From positions 1-64,000 of IMG/VR virus record IMGVR_UViG_3300023199_000204: a stretch of DNA of 64,000 nucleotides; one strand, given 5' to 3'. How positions within the stretch are numbered: the first letter of the stretch is position 1; every line of letters begins with the position of its first letter. Under the pieces are notes generated by a model. It ran no database searches. It was not told where the DNA came from and saw only the letters and a list, made by a program, of their open reading frames with translations. Below, piece by piece: positions 46,551-56,007 of this stretch. A program made the translations under genes and the position numbers.

Positions 46551-49094
46551 ATGCCTAATATTCCTGGAGTACAAGGTCCATTAATACCATCTGTAGTGAC
46601 GAGGGTAAGGGTAAGATCAAGGGCTCTATCAATTCCTGGGGGATTGAGAGTTTTATGTTTAGTTGGCGAAGGTCGTCGCGAGGAGGTTCTTGTAGATTCT
46701 GCTCAAGGGGGCGGTGCCGATGGATTTGTGCCAGATTTTTCTCAATTAGCCACTGATGGTTATGGAAGATTTTTCCGTCTGGCAAACACCAGCATAGTTT
46801 CAAACAGAACATCTCTTTTATTAAACGGATCAGAATTAAGACTTTTAGAAGAAGCTCTTGATGGAAACAGCTTCTCATCAAGTTATGACGCAAGAATTGA
46901 TATTTCTACAGGTCAAATAGAGCTTCAAAGTGCTTCTATTGTTGATCAGGGCGGAATATTATATTCAGAAAGCTCAGGAAACACCGGTGATGGTTATTTA
47001 TCAGCAATAAATCTTACAGATTCTAATGCTCCTGCGGAAACTTGGACAATTAGGTGTACTAGTGTTTTAAAAGACAGTTATGGTGCTCCTATAAGAGAGC
47101 AAGCTACATTTATAGCCTCAGGTTCAGTTAGCGGACAATTAGTAGACTCATATGGTCAGCCATTTACTTGGAAAAGTGATGGAGCCGCCGTAGATAATGG
47201 AATTTTGTCTTTTGCTATATATAATCCTTCTCCTAGTCAGCCTCACGATGTAGGCGACAGATACTCTATTCAGGTTTCTAGTAAGGTGTTACAGGAAAGA
47301 GATACTTTAGAAGCCAGATATATTGCTGAAGCAGATTTGCTTGATCCTCAAACATTTACAGAGCCAGAAAAACTTTATATTAAGCACGGACAGCCCGATT
47401 TGGAAAATACATTATCTTTTGCCGCGCAATTGGCTTTTGAAAATGGAGCAACAAGTGTTCTGGCTGTTCAGGCGAAACCAGCATTGCCAAGAAGAACTAG
47501 TGAAATTGTTCTTCCTGCTCAAAATTCACTAACAGGCGAAACTGGTGCTGATGGTGGTTCTGATCCAGATGATTTAATTTTTCCAATCACTGCTCCAGGA
47601 AAACCAGGAGCTGATTCAGAAGTTCATTTCTTTATTATAAATGCTGATGGGTCAGAGGACCAAATATTCCCTAATAAAGTTTCATTTTATGATCCTGATA
47701 TTACGACCGCATTTTCCACTTATGAAGATACTGGCGTAAGTGCTGATTTACTAACTGAATTTATGGCTCCAGGCTCAAGTGGAACTCCATATAGCTATAC
47801 TGTTGTAAGTGATGATAAAATTGAAGATACTGGAATTGATGGGTATATTTCACCAATTGGTGTTGGCTCAACAGCATTTTTTACAGCCTCTTCTGCCTCA
47901 TTTACAAGTGAAGCAGTAACTGATGGAAAATATATTGATGTCGTAAATACTGGAACTGCTAATCTTGGCAGATGGGAAATTACAGAGGTTGTAAGTGCCA
48001 CAACTGTAAGAATTTCAAGAGATTCTGGATTTTTTGCTACCGAAACAGATTTAAAATGGCAGCTATTACTTCCTGGAGAATCATCTTATAGAGTTTTATT
48101 TACAACTGATTTAGCTTTAGCTTCGGGCAAAGGTTTAAGAGTTAGTTATATAGATGAGAAAGATGAAGACTTTTTTGATGCTAACTGGGCAGTGGCTCTT
48201 GATACTTTAGAGACTCAAGATTTACAGATTCTTGGTCTATATCCTAGTCAAACATTTTCAGCAATTCAGCAGGCTGGTCGTGTCCACGTGGAGAGAATGT
48301 CTTCAACATTCTATAAGAGAGAGCGTGTGCTCTTCACAGGTGCTTTGGATGGTTTAACGACTGATAATGTGCTCGGCGTATCCAACGCGGCTGTAGAGAA
48401 TATAGGAATTCTTGAGGGCATTCAGGGTGATTCTGCCGAAGAGATATTAGATGGAAATATCGAAGATTTGACAGATTACAGTGTTGTAAATAGCTTTGGA
48501 GACAGCTTTAGAGTTGCGTATTTCTATCCAGATCAAGCTATTAGGGTTGTTAATGGAACAGCAACCACAATTCCAGGGTATTGGATTTCAGCCGCTGCGG
48601 CAGGAAGAATGTCAGGAGAGCCTAATATTGCTCAGCCTCTAACAAATAAGGTATTATCTGGAATAACAATTCTAAACAGTCGTCAATATAAAGAAACCGT
48701 TCTTGCTTCTCTTGGAGATGATGGAATTATTGTATGTCAGCCAGTTACAGGCGGCGTGAGAGTTATTCACGGAATTACAACTTCTCAAAGTGGAAACCCA
48801 GAAGATGAAGAACTATCAATCGTGTTCATTCGTGATCATATCGCGAGAACTATGAGAGATACATTTAGAGAGTTTATCGGGCAACCAGAAGATCCTACAC
48901 TAATTCCTTCTTTAACTGCCAAAGCAATTTCGCTACTTAATGCTTTTGTCTCTCAAAACTTGATTACTGCTTATAGAAACCTATCTGTATCCAGAGATGA
49001 TGTAGAGCCAAGACAATACAATATCGTGGTTGAAGTCCAACCTAACTATCCAGTTAACTGGATATTCTGTGATGTGAGCGTAGGACTCTTTTAA
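46551..49094 (+). CDS. Contractile tail sheath protein
   Basis: Start at ATG 46551 (GGAGG). H...MS....ER, AAA.AG......PLTNK, GITT....ELS...IRD and PNYPVNWI...V sheath C-terminal motifs. Confidence 0.9.
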   Translation: MPNIPGVQGPLIPSVVTRVRVRSRALSIPGGLRVLCLVGEGRREEVLVDSAQGGGADGFVPDFSQLATDGYGRFFRLANTSIVSNRTSLLLNGSELRLLEEALDGNSFSSSYDARIDISTGQIELQSASIVDQGGILYSESSGNTGDGYLSAINLTDSNAPAETWTIRCTSVLKDSYGAPIREQATFIASGSVSGQLVDSYGQPFTWKSDGAAVDNGILSFAIYNPSPSQPHDVGDRYSIQVSSKVLQERDTLEARYIAEADLLDPQTFTEPEKLYIKHGQPDLENTLSFAAQLAFENGATSVLAVQAKPALPRRTSEIVLPAQNSLTGETGADGGSDPDDLIFPITAPGKPGADSEVHFFIINADGSEDQIFPNKVSFYDPDITTAFSTYEDTGVSADLLTEFMAPGSSGTPYSYTVVSDDKIEDTGIDGYISPIGVGSTAFFTASSASFTSEAVTDGKYIDVVNTGTANLGRWEITEVVSATTVRISRDSGFFATETDLKWQLLLPGESSYRVLFTTDLALASGKGLRVSYIDEKDEDFFDANWAVALDTLETQDLQILGLYPSQTFSAIQQAGRVHVERMSSTFYKRERVLFTGALDGLTTDNVLGVSNAAVENIGILEGIQGDSAEEILDGNIEDLTDYSVVNSFGDSFRVAYFYPDQAIRVVNGTATTIPGYWISAAAAGRMSGEPNIAQPLTNKVLSGITILNSRQYKETVLASLGDDGIIVCQPVTGGVRVIHGITTSQSGNPEDEELSIVFIRDHIARTMRDTFREFIGQPEDPTLIPSLTAKAISLLNAFVSQNLITAYRNLSVSRDDVEPRQYNIVVEVQPNYPVNWIFCDVSVGLF

Positions 49095-49113
49095 TAAGTA
49101 TGGGAAATAATTA

Positions 49114-50100
49114 ATGAAATTAGATGAAGAAATAACTGAAAGACACACTGCTAAGGAAAAAATTAATTATGGATTAATATTTGAGGAATATTTAAATGGA
49201 AAAACTGCTAATTTCTTAATTAATAAATATAATATTTCAAGAAAACAATTTTTTAAAAAATCAAAAGAATTTAATATAAAAAAACAAACCAAACTGCGTT
49301 CAGAATTATTTTTAGAGAATACTGCTGAGACTTATTATTGGGCAGGATTTATAGCTGCCGATGGCAATATAAGCAAATGTGGAAAAAGAATATCTATACA
49401 ATTAAAACTAGATGATTTATCACATTTGCAGAAATTAAGTCTTTGGTCTGGGGCAAAAACTTTATATTTTAGAGAGACTATAAAAAATAACAAAATTATT
49501 AAATCCTGTTGTTTAAACTTAAATTCAAAATCAGCAGTTACGGCAATATTTAAGTTAAATATAATTCCTAATAAAACAAGAATATTACTTCCCCCTCCTA
49601 AAACCATATATAGTTGGCATTATATTAGAGGGTATTTTGATGGAGACGGTTCAATAAGTTGGCATAAGTCAAATAATAAAGCAAGAATTTATTTAGCATC
49701 AGGTTCTTTAAAGTTATTAAAATGGATAAAAAATAAAATATCTTTTATCGAAGGAGTTGGTAATCCAAAAATTACTTATAAACTTGATAAAAACTCAAAT
49801 AATAAAACATATTGTCTAGAATATATGGGTTTTCAAACAATTAATATACTTAACAAGATATATGAAAATTCTAATAAAACAATAAGGCTTGATAGAAAAT
49901 ATAATAGATTTATTGATTATAAACAAAGAATGTTAAACCAGATTAGGAATAAAGAAGAAAAAGATAATAAAATTTTAATTCGTAATATGGAAATTGTTAA
50001 TTTATATAATTCTTTAAATATAAAAATGAAGGATTTGGCGGACAGATTTAATTTATCGCGAGCATCTATAAGCAATATAATAGCAAAAAATGAAGCGTAA
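49114..50100 (+). CDS. LAGLIDADG homing endonuclease
   Basis: YWAGFIAADG, YIRGYFDGDG and LDRK motifs. Confidence 0.9.
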   Translation: MKLDEEITERHTAKEKINYGLIFEEYLNGKTANFLINKYNISRKQFFKKSKEFNIKKQTKLRSELFLENTAETYYWAGFIAADGNISKCGKRISIQLKLDDLSHLQKLSLWSGAKTLYFRETIKNNKIIKSCCLNLNSKSAVTAIFKLNIIPNKTRILLPPPKTIYSWHYIRGYFDGDGSISWHKSNNKARIYLASGSLKLLKWIKNKISFIEGVGNPKITYKLDKNSNNKTYCLEYMGFQTINILNKIYENSNKTIRLDRKYNRFIDYKQRMLNQIRNKEEKDNKILIRNMEIVNLYNSLNIKMKDLADRFNLSRASISNIIAKNEA

Positions 50101-50896
50101 ATCACCAGGTTGTAAAGGCTTTGATTTAAATTACGAAGCTATTTCCAAAGAGTATTTGAGCGGAGGTAGTTTAAAAGATTTGGCAGAAAAATATAATGTA
50201 TCTAAATGGACGTTATTGGATAATTTTAAGAAACTTGGAGTTAGAAAAAATACTAAAAGATATTTAGATAAAACGAAGTTTGATACTTATACACCAGAAA
50301 GCTGTTATTGGGCAGGTTTTATAGGGGCAGACGGGTGGATAAATAACAATGGATATTTGGGTATTGAAATAAAACAAACAGATAAAAACCATTTAGAGAA
50401 AATTAAAAGATTTTTGAGTAGCAATGCTGATATAAATTTTAGAGAAAGGAATAAATTTAGTTCTGTTCAAAAATCAGCGTATATTCAGTTTAATTCAAGA
50501 TATTTAATAAACAGTCTAGAATATAACTTTAATATAATCCCAAAAAAATCATTAATACTTCAACCTCCAAATATACCAGAAAATATGATAAGACATTATA
50601 TTAGGGGCTATTTTGATGGTGATGGCTCTCTAGGGTGGCACAAACACAATAAAAATCCTAGAGTTACAATATGTTCAGGTTCAATTAAGTTTTTAAAAAC
50701 GATATTTAATGAAATAAAACGTAATATTAACTCAACAGGAAATCCTAAAATTATAAAGCGAAGGCATTCTAACACTTGTACGGTAGAATTTATGGGTAAG
50801 CAGTGTTATGATATTCTTGATTGGTTATATGAGGATGCTGAATATTATTTAGATAGGAAATATAAAAGGTATTTAAAATATAAATCCAAAAGGTGA
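50090..50896 (+). CDS. LAGLIDADG homing endonuclease
   Basis: YWAGFIGADG, YIRGYFDGDG and LDRK motifs. Confidence 0.9.
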   Translation: MKRKSPGCKGFDLNYEAISKEYLSGGSLKDLAEKYNVSKWTLLDNFKKLGVRKNTKRYLDKTKFDTYTPESCYWAGFIGADGWINNNGYLGIEIKQTDKNHLEKIKRFLSSNADINFRERNKFSSVQKSAYIQFNSRYLINSLEYNFNIIPKKSLILQPPNIPENMIRHYIRGYFDGDGSLGWHKHNKNPRVTICSGSIKFLKTIFNEIKRNINSTGNPKIIKRRHSNTCTVEFMGKQCYDILDWLYEDAEYYLDRKYKRYLKYKSKR

Positions 50897-50899
50897 TTA

Positions 50900-51490
50900 A
50901 TGGCTTATCCTAGGACAGGAACTTTATTACAACGACCTCAGATAAACGCAACTCTTTCCACCCAACTGGTAATAAAGGTGGGAAGGATCACAGTTGGTGC
51001 CATTCAAAGGTTACAAATAACTCAAAGAAGAGAGCACCAGGTTTGGGAAGAAATAGGAACTGACGGGATAGTTGAAATTCATCCAAAGGGGGCGGCAAAA
51101 ATTTCTTTATCAGTTGAAAGGGTTGTTTTTGATAATTTAAGATTAACAGAATCTTTCGGAAGGGGTTTTGTTAATATACAATCTCAGAGATTTCCATTTG
51201 ATATTGAAGTAATTGATTTGTCGCTTTCTGATGAAATAGGAAATGACTCCATTCTTCACGTTTTTCATAATTGTTGGTTTAGTGAGTACTCTCCAACAAT
51301 AAGTGCTGATAGTTTTGTTATTTCTGAAAGAGCAAATATTTTATGTGAAAGAGTAACCTCTTCTCAAAATAGTATCAGTATGGTTAATGGAGGCTTAAGA
51401 GGAATTTCTGTTGAATATGATACTATGGAGAGAGCAACAGATACAATAGGCAGACCTGGAAGATTTGATCCTACCGGTAATCTAACATAA
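50900..51490 (+). CDS. Tail tube protein 1
   Basis: Follows the sheath; IKVG..TVGAIQRL.I.Q.R...EIGTDG..E..P..NCWF..YS pattern. Confidence 0.8.
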   Translation: MAYPRTGTLLQRPQINATLSTQLVIKVGRITVGAIQRLQITQRREHQVWEEIGTDGIVEIHPKGAAKISLSVERVVFDNLRLTESFGRGFVNIQSQRFPFDIEVIDLSLSDEIGNDSILHVFHNCWFSEYSPTISADSFVISERANILCERVTSSQNSISMVNGGLRGISVEYDTMERATDTIGRPGRFDPTGNLT

Positions 51491-51497
51491 GAAAATA

Positions 51498-52262
51498 ATG
51501 ATTGAATTAGACATTGAAGAAATAAAAGATCTATATACAAATAAAGGGAAATCAATTCAAAAAATAGCGGATATATTAAAGTGTAATTATGGAACTATTA
51601 GGAATAGAATGATTTTAAATAATATTAATATCAGATCACAAACATCAATTAACTTTAATGCTAAACACAAATATTTTGATTTTTTAAATGAAAAAAGTTG
51701 TTATTGGGCAGGATTTATAGCTGCTGACGGCAATGTTTATAAAAATATTTTAAGTATTCAGCTAAAAGAAGATGATAAAAATCATCTCAAAAAGTTTAAA
51801 AATAATCTTGATATAAAATCTAAGATACTATTTCACAATGGGACTTGTAGTATTAAAATAAGGTCTAATTTATTAATAAATAGCCTTAATAATAATTTTT
51901 CTATTACGCCTAATAAATCTTTAACTTTACAGCCTCCAGATAATATGCCAAAAAACATGATTAGACATTATATAAGAGGATATTTTGATGGAGACGGACA
52001 TATAGGATATAATAATTTCCGTAAAGTATTTGTTTCAGAACTATATTCTGGTTCATATGATATATTAAAGTGGATTTTAGATAATATTAAAAATAACTTT
52101 AATACCAAGGCAACAGTTAGAAAAAGAAAGAATAAAAATCTTTATAGATTTGGCTTTTCAGGAAATTTGGCAAACAAGTTTTTAGATTACATTTATGAAG
52201 ATACTAATATCTATTTAGATAGGAAATACAAAAAATATATTAACATAATGGAGGCTATATAA
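51498..52262 (+). CDS. LAGLIDADG homing endonuclease
   Basis: YWAGFIAADG, YIRGYFDGDG and LDRK motifs. Confidence 0.9.
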   Translation: MIELDIEEIKDLYTNKGKSIQKIADILKCNYGTIRNRMILNNINIRSQTSINFNAKHKYFDFLNEKSCYWAGFIAADGNVYKNILSIQLKEDDKNHLKKFKNNLDIKSKILFHNGTCSIKIRSNLLINSLNNNFSITPNKSLTLQPPDNMPKNMIRHYIRGYFDGDGHIGYNNFRKVFVSELYSGSYDILKWILDNIKNNFNTKATVRKRKNKNLYRFGFSGNLANKFLDYIYEDTNIYLDRKYKKYINIMEAI

Positions 52263-52263
52263 T

Positions 52264-52893
52264 ATGGCTCAGTATCCCACTACAGGCTCTAAATTAGAGT
52301 CAAACATACAAACTGGATTATCTACGCAGATAATTATCAAGGTTGGAACTGAAACTGTTGGAGCAATTCAGAGACTTCAAATTCAGCAGGAAAGGAGTTT
52401 AGAGAGGGTCAAGGAAGTTGGAACAGATGGTGTTTTGGAAATTGTTCCAAGACAACCAACAACTCATCAGGCACAAATAGAAAGAATTGTTTTTGATAGA
52501 TTACATCTTCCAGAAGCTTTTGCCAGAGGTTTTATCAACATTAAATCTCAGCTTCTTACATTTGATATTTTGGTCATCGATAGGACCAATGGAGAAAATG
52601 AAGGTGCGGTTTCTCACAAACTTACTGGATGTTGGTTTGCTAGTTTAAGTGCTACATATCAAGCTGATAATTTTATTATTTCAGAAAGTGGAACCATTTG
52701 GATTGAAGATATAAGCTCAACTCTTGGCTCAAGTGAAGCAAATGCTGCTCAGGGCGGAAGTCGTGGGATTAATTTTCAGATTAATCAGAGAGAAAGATCT
52801 ACTGACCGTGGTTCAGGAGGCTCAGGCGGAGCTGGAGGTTTTAGAGGCACAATGGATGTTGCTAATCTAATCAATGCGAGTTTCGAGAATTAA
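52264..52893 (+). CDS. Tail tube protein 2 (paralog of 50900)
   Basis: Shares LSTQ..IKVG..TVGAIQRLQI.Q.R, GTDG..EI.P, ER.VFD.L.L.E.F.RGF.NI.SQ and CWF. Confidence 0.8.
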   Translation: MAQYPTTGSKLESNIQTGLSTQIIIKVGTETVGAIQRLQIQQERSLERVKEVGTDGVLEIVPRQPTTHQAQIERIVFDRLHLPEAFARGFINIKSQLLTFDILVIDRTNGENEGAVSHKLTGCWFASLSATYQADNFIISESGTIWIEDISSTLGSSEANAAQGGSRGINFQINQRERSTDRGSGGSGGAGGFRGTMDVANLINASFEN

Positions 52894-52912
52894 TTTAGAT
52901 TGTTTATTAAAC

Positions 52913-52934
52913 GGGGAGAGAACTCTCCCCTTTT
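52913..52934 (+). terminator. Intrinsic terminator after tail tube 2
   Basis: GGGGAGAG-AA-CTCTCCCC-TTTT. Confidence 0.75.
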
Positions 52935-53000
52935 CCTTCCAATAGTTAAACTTATAACTATTAAATAAAACCTACCCAATACCTTGGGAAAGGCAGAGGT

Positions 53001-53459
53001 GTGATTATGACAGAGATTAAACATAGCACTTTTGGCTCCTCAAAGGGTCATTCCAAAGAAAAGCAAAATCCTCAACAGCAAATAAAAGAAGCTGATCTGG
53101 GCTCATTAATTGAACTTGGATGTATTAAAGAGGATGTTGTGATTGGAAACCTTAGTTTTAAAATGAGAAGCTTAAGTTCTACAGAAAGACTAATGGCCGC
53201 TGATTATATTGATGAATATGCGGACGTGGAGAAACTATTTAGTTTTAATAAAATGATTTTATCAATGGCAATTGACAGTGTAAATGGAACCCCTTTGGAA
53301 AACTTTTACGATGGTCCAGATAATTTAGATGTTTTAAGCAAAAGAATGGAGGTAATGGGGAAATTACAGTCTCCAGTTATAGCTGTTCTTTTAGAGGCAT
53401 ATGATAAAATTACTGACAGATGTGATGCTCAATTTAATGTTGAACAAGTAAAAAAATAG
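53001..53459 (+). CDS. Tail assembly chaperone (gpG-like)
   Basis: Lies between tube and tape measure; ends in slippery A AAA AAA TAG. Confidence 0.75.
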   Translation: MIMTEIKHSTFGSSKGHSKEKQNPQQQIKEADLGSLIELGCIKEDVVIGNLSFKMRSLSSTERLMAADYIDEYADVEKLFSFNKMILSMAIDSVNGTPLENFYDGPDNLDVLSKRMEVMGKLQSPVIAVLLEAYDKITDRCDAQFNVEQVKK

Positions 53460-53484
53460 CAACTGGGTCGTGGCATCGGCTCAG
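53450..53484 (+). other. Programmed -1 ribosomal frameshift signal
   Basis: A AAA AAA (53450-53456); stem CTGGGTCG / CGGCTCAG (53463-53484, two G.U pairs) 6 nt downstream. Confidence 0.8.
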
Positions 53485-53905
53485 ATGGAAATTATGTAAA
53501 ATCTTTCAGGTGCCAGTCGATGACAAGATATTTCAAAAAATCAACGACGCTCAGTGGGCTTGGTATCAAACCCAAATTATTGAAGATGAGACAGAAAGAT
53601 TTGAGTTACAAAGAGATATAACTGAATATGGAGCAATGTTTGTAAACCCAGATGCCGTTCGTCAAGTAAGAGAAAATCGTGATAATGTTTACGAAACTTC
53701 AGAAGAAGATTTTGATGCTATGCTTAAAGAAACATTTGGTAGAGGAATTCCTAAGGTTGAAAATAAAGAAATGTCAATTAAAGATTTTAAGAAAAGCTTA
53801 CAAGATGAAATTAAAAAAGATAAGAAAAAGAAAGTTAATCAAAGTGAAATAGAACAATATTTAAATATGGATTTAGATTTGGTTAATTTCATTCCATATA
53901 AATGA
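53450..53905 (+). CDS. Frameshift extension of the tail chaperone (gpGT-like C-terminal part)
   Basis: The -1 frame reads KKIATGSWHRLRWKLCKIFQVPVDD... into the 53510 ORF, whose GTG lacks a clear RBS. Confidence 0.75.
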   Translation, partial: KKIATGSWHRLRWKLCKIFQVPVDDKIFQKINDAQWAWYQTQIIEDETERFELQRDITEYGAMFVNPDAVRQVRENRDNVYETSEEDFDAMLKETFGRGIPKVENKEMSIKDFKKSLQDEIKKDKKKKVNQSEIEQYLNMDLDLVNFIPYK

Positions 53906-53912
53906 GGTTTAA

Positions 53913-55997
53913 ATGGCTGATGATCCCAAGGTGATAAGTGAAAAAGATGTTGAAGGAGTAAAAAAATACGACGATGCTAATAAAAATCTTAATAAAACCT
54001 TGGATAAAACCAAGGAAAGCCTTGATGGTGTCAAAAAAAGTGCTGATGGCACCAAGCTAAGTAAAATAGAACTTGCCGAAAACGCCAAAAAATTAAAAGA
54101 TGAGGCAGATAAACTTAATATTAGTCTTGATGGCATTAAAGATAGGTTAGCTAATGCTTCAGAAGGGGCTGAAAGTCTTGGAAGAAAAATTGCTTTAAAA
54201 CTAACCAGCTCTATGTCCAAATATGCTGAAATTGCTGGTGTGGCTGGAAGCAAAACTATTCAAAGTTTGGTTATTCCCACAAATGAAGCGGGGGCGGCTG
54301 TTGATCATTTGTTTGGCAAATATGGAAAATTATTAGCTCCTCTTAAAAGAGTTGAAACTTATTTAAGATCTCTTTATCAAACCCAGGCATTGGCGAGACA
54401 GGCAGCAATTCTTCACGGTGACTCAATTGATAAGGCAAACGAGTTTGCTGGAAAGTATGCTCAAGGTCTAAGAAAATCAGCATTGGCAACAGGGCTAACT
54501 GCCAAAGAAATTTACGGAATGAATCAAACTATGAAAGATGTTCCTGGAGCATTAGCTCCAACAACCCGTGGGTTGGAAGATATATTGGGTGCTCAAGTTA
54601 GAATGATTCAGCCATCAGCGGCTCTTGCCACGACTATGAAAGCTTTTGGAATGTCAGCGGCAGAAGCTGGGACATTCGGCAGAGAAGCATTTTTATCATT
54701 TAACCAAACTGCTGAACAAACAATTAAGCAGATGGGTTTTATCGCTCAAGCGTCAAAAGAAACAAATGCCCCAATGTCTGTTGCCAGAGAGCAAATAGTT
54801 AGTGCCAGCAAAAGCCTTGCTATTTTTGGTCGTGGAAGTTCTGTTGCTGCCAATATGTGGACAACTTTTGCTCGAACATTAAGAGAAAGCAGAGTTCCTT
54901 TACAAAATATTGGTCAAATTGTTTCCAATTTAACTCAAGGATTGGCAAATATGTCAATTCAAAACAGAGCTTTTATTTCTATGATGAGTGGTTTAGGAAG
55001 AGGAGCAACTGCCCTTGGAGGAGGTCTTCAGCTTGAGCTAGCGATGAGGAGCCCAAGAGGTATGCAGAGAAATCTACAAGCTCTAACAAGGTCTCTTTCT
55101 AGATTTGGTGGTGGAAGAATTATAACTCTTCAGCAAGCGGCAAATGATCCAAGATTAGAAATGCAGTTTATGATTCAAAGACAAATGTTAAGAAAGCTAA
55201 CAGGAGTTTCTGGCCGTGAGCAACAAAACAGAATTCTTGAAGTTCTAAGAAAAGTTCGTCAAGGCGGAATGTCTCAGCTTGAAGGAAGTAGGGCTTTAAA
55301 AGATGCTTTTCAGGCTGGCAGAACAATTCAACAAAAGAGCCTCACCGCTTTACAAAGAATTGAACAACTGTTAAGAGCAGCCATAGGTAAAAGATCAGAC
55401 GCCATTGGCGCTGCTGCTGATAGAACGGTTGCTAAATCACTAGATAGGGTTAGTGGTGCCGCAGGGCAAGGTGTATTAAGTGCTAGAGATTTTAATAATG
55501 CCATTTCTCGAATTGGTGCCGCTATGAGAAATGTTCCAAGAAACATTAAATATACCAGTGATAGTTTAGGTCCAAGTCGTTTTTCATTAGGTTCGTTAGC
55601 TCAGATATTTAAAAGAGAGGCGGTAGTTCCTAGATTAAACTTAACGACTCCATCACAACAGCCTAGTATGGCAGCAACACCTTTGCTTAGAGCTATTCAG
55701 GGAAATCAAGCAAGAAGAACAAGTCAAAACGCAATGATGCCGATATTAAAGGCAATTGAAAATAATGTAAAGAATGATCAAACTTCAGTAAGAAGGGACG
55801 CAACTCTTCCAAACAATCCTCTTTCTGTTTTAACTCCACAGGCACAAAAAGAACAAAAAAATTTAGAGCTAGTGGTTAAAATTGTAAGCAACTTAAATGA
55901 TCCTGATTTAAAATCTTCTATTGAAAATGTTGTTCAGAATCACTTAGTTAAAAAAATAAATTCCTTAGCACCTTTAGGAATAACCAATAATAAATAG
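53913..55997 (+). CDS. Tape measure protein
   Basis: Ala/Gln/Arg-rich helical protein directly after the chaperones. Confidence 0.75.
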   Translation: MADDPKVISEKDVEGVKKYDDANKNLNKTLDKTKESLDGVKKSADGTKLSKIELAENAKKLKDEADKLNISLDGIKDRLANASEGAESLGRKIALKLTSSMSKYAEIAGVAGSKTIQSLVIPTNEAGAAVDHLFGKYGKLLAPLKRVETYLRSLYQTQALARQAAILHGDSIDKANEFAGKYAQGLRKSALATGLTAKEIYGMNQTMKDVPGALAPTTRGLEDILGAQVRMIQPSAALATTMKAFGMSAAEAGTFGREAFLSFNQTAEQTIKQMGFIAQASKETNAPMSVAREQIVSASKSLAIFGRGSSVAANMWTTFARTLRESRVPLQNIGQIVSNLTQGLANMSIQNRAFISMMSGLGRGATALGGGLQLELAMRSPRGMQRNLQALTRSLSRFGGGRIITLQQAANDPRLEMQFMIQRQMLRKLTGVSGREQQNRILEVLRKVRQGGMSQLEGSRALKDAFQAGRTIQQKSLTALQRIEQLLRAAIGKRSDAIGAAADRTVAKSLDRVSGAAGQGVLSARDFNNAISRIGAAMRNVPRNIKYTSDSLGPSRFSLGSLAQIFKREAVVPRLNLTTPSQQPSMAATPLLRAIQGNQARRTSQNAMMPILKAIENNVKNDQTSVRRDATLPNNPLSVLTPQAQKEQKNLELVVKIVSNLNDPDLKSSIENVVQNHLVKKINSLAPLGITNNK

Positions 55998-56007
55998 GAG
56001 AATATAA

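Noticed and set aside
49114-52262. Group I introns or inteins hosting the LAGLIDADG ORFs
   Set aside because: Flanking genes appear complete with their own starts and stops, there is almost no non-coding space for intron cores, and no intein C/S...HN splice ends were seen.
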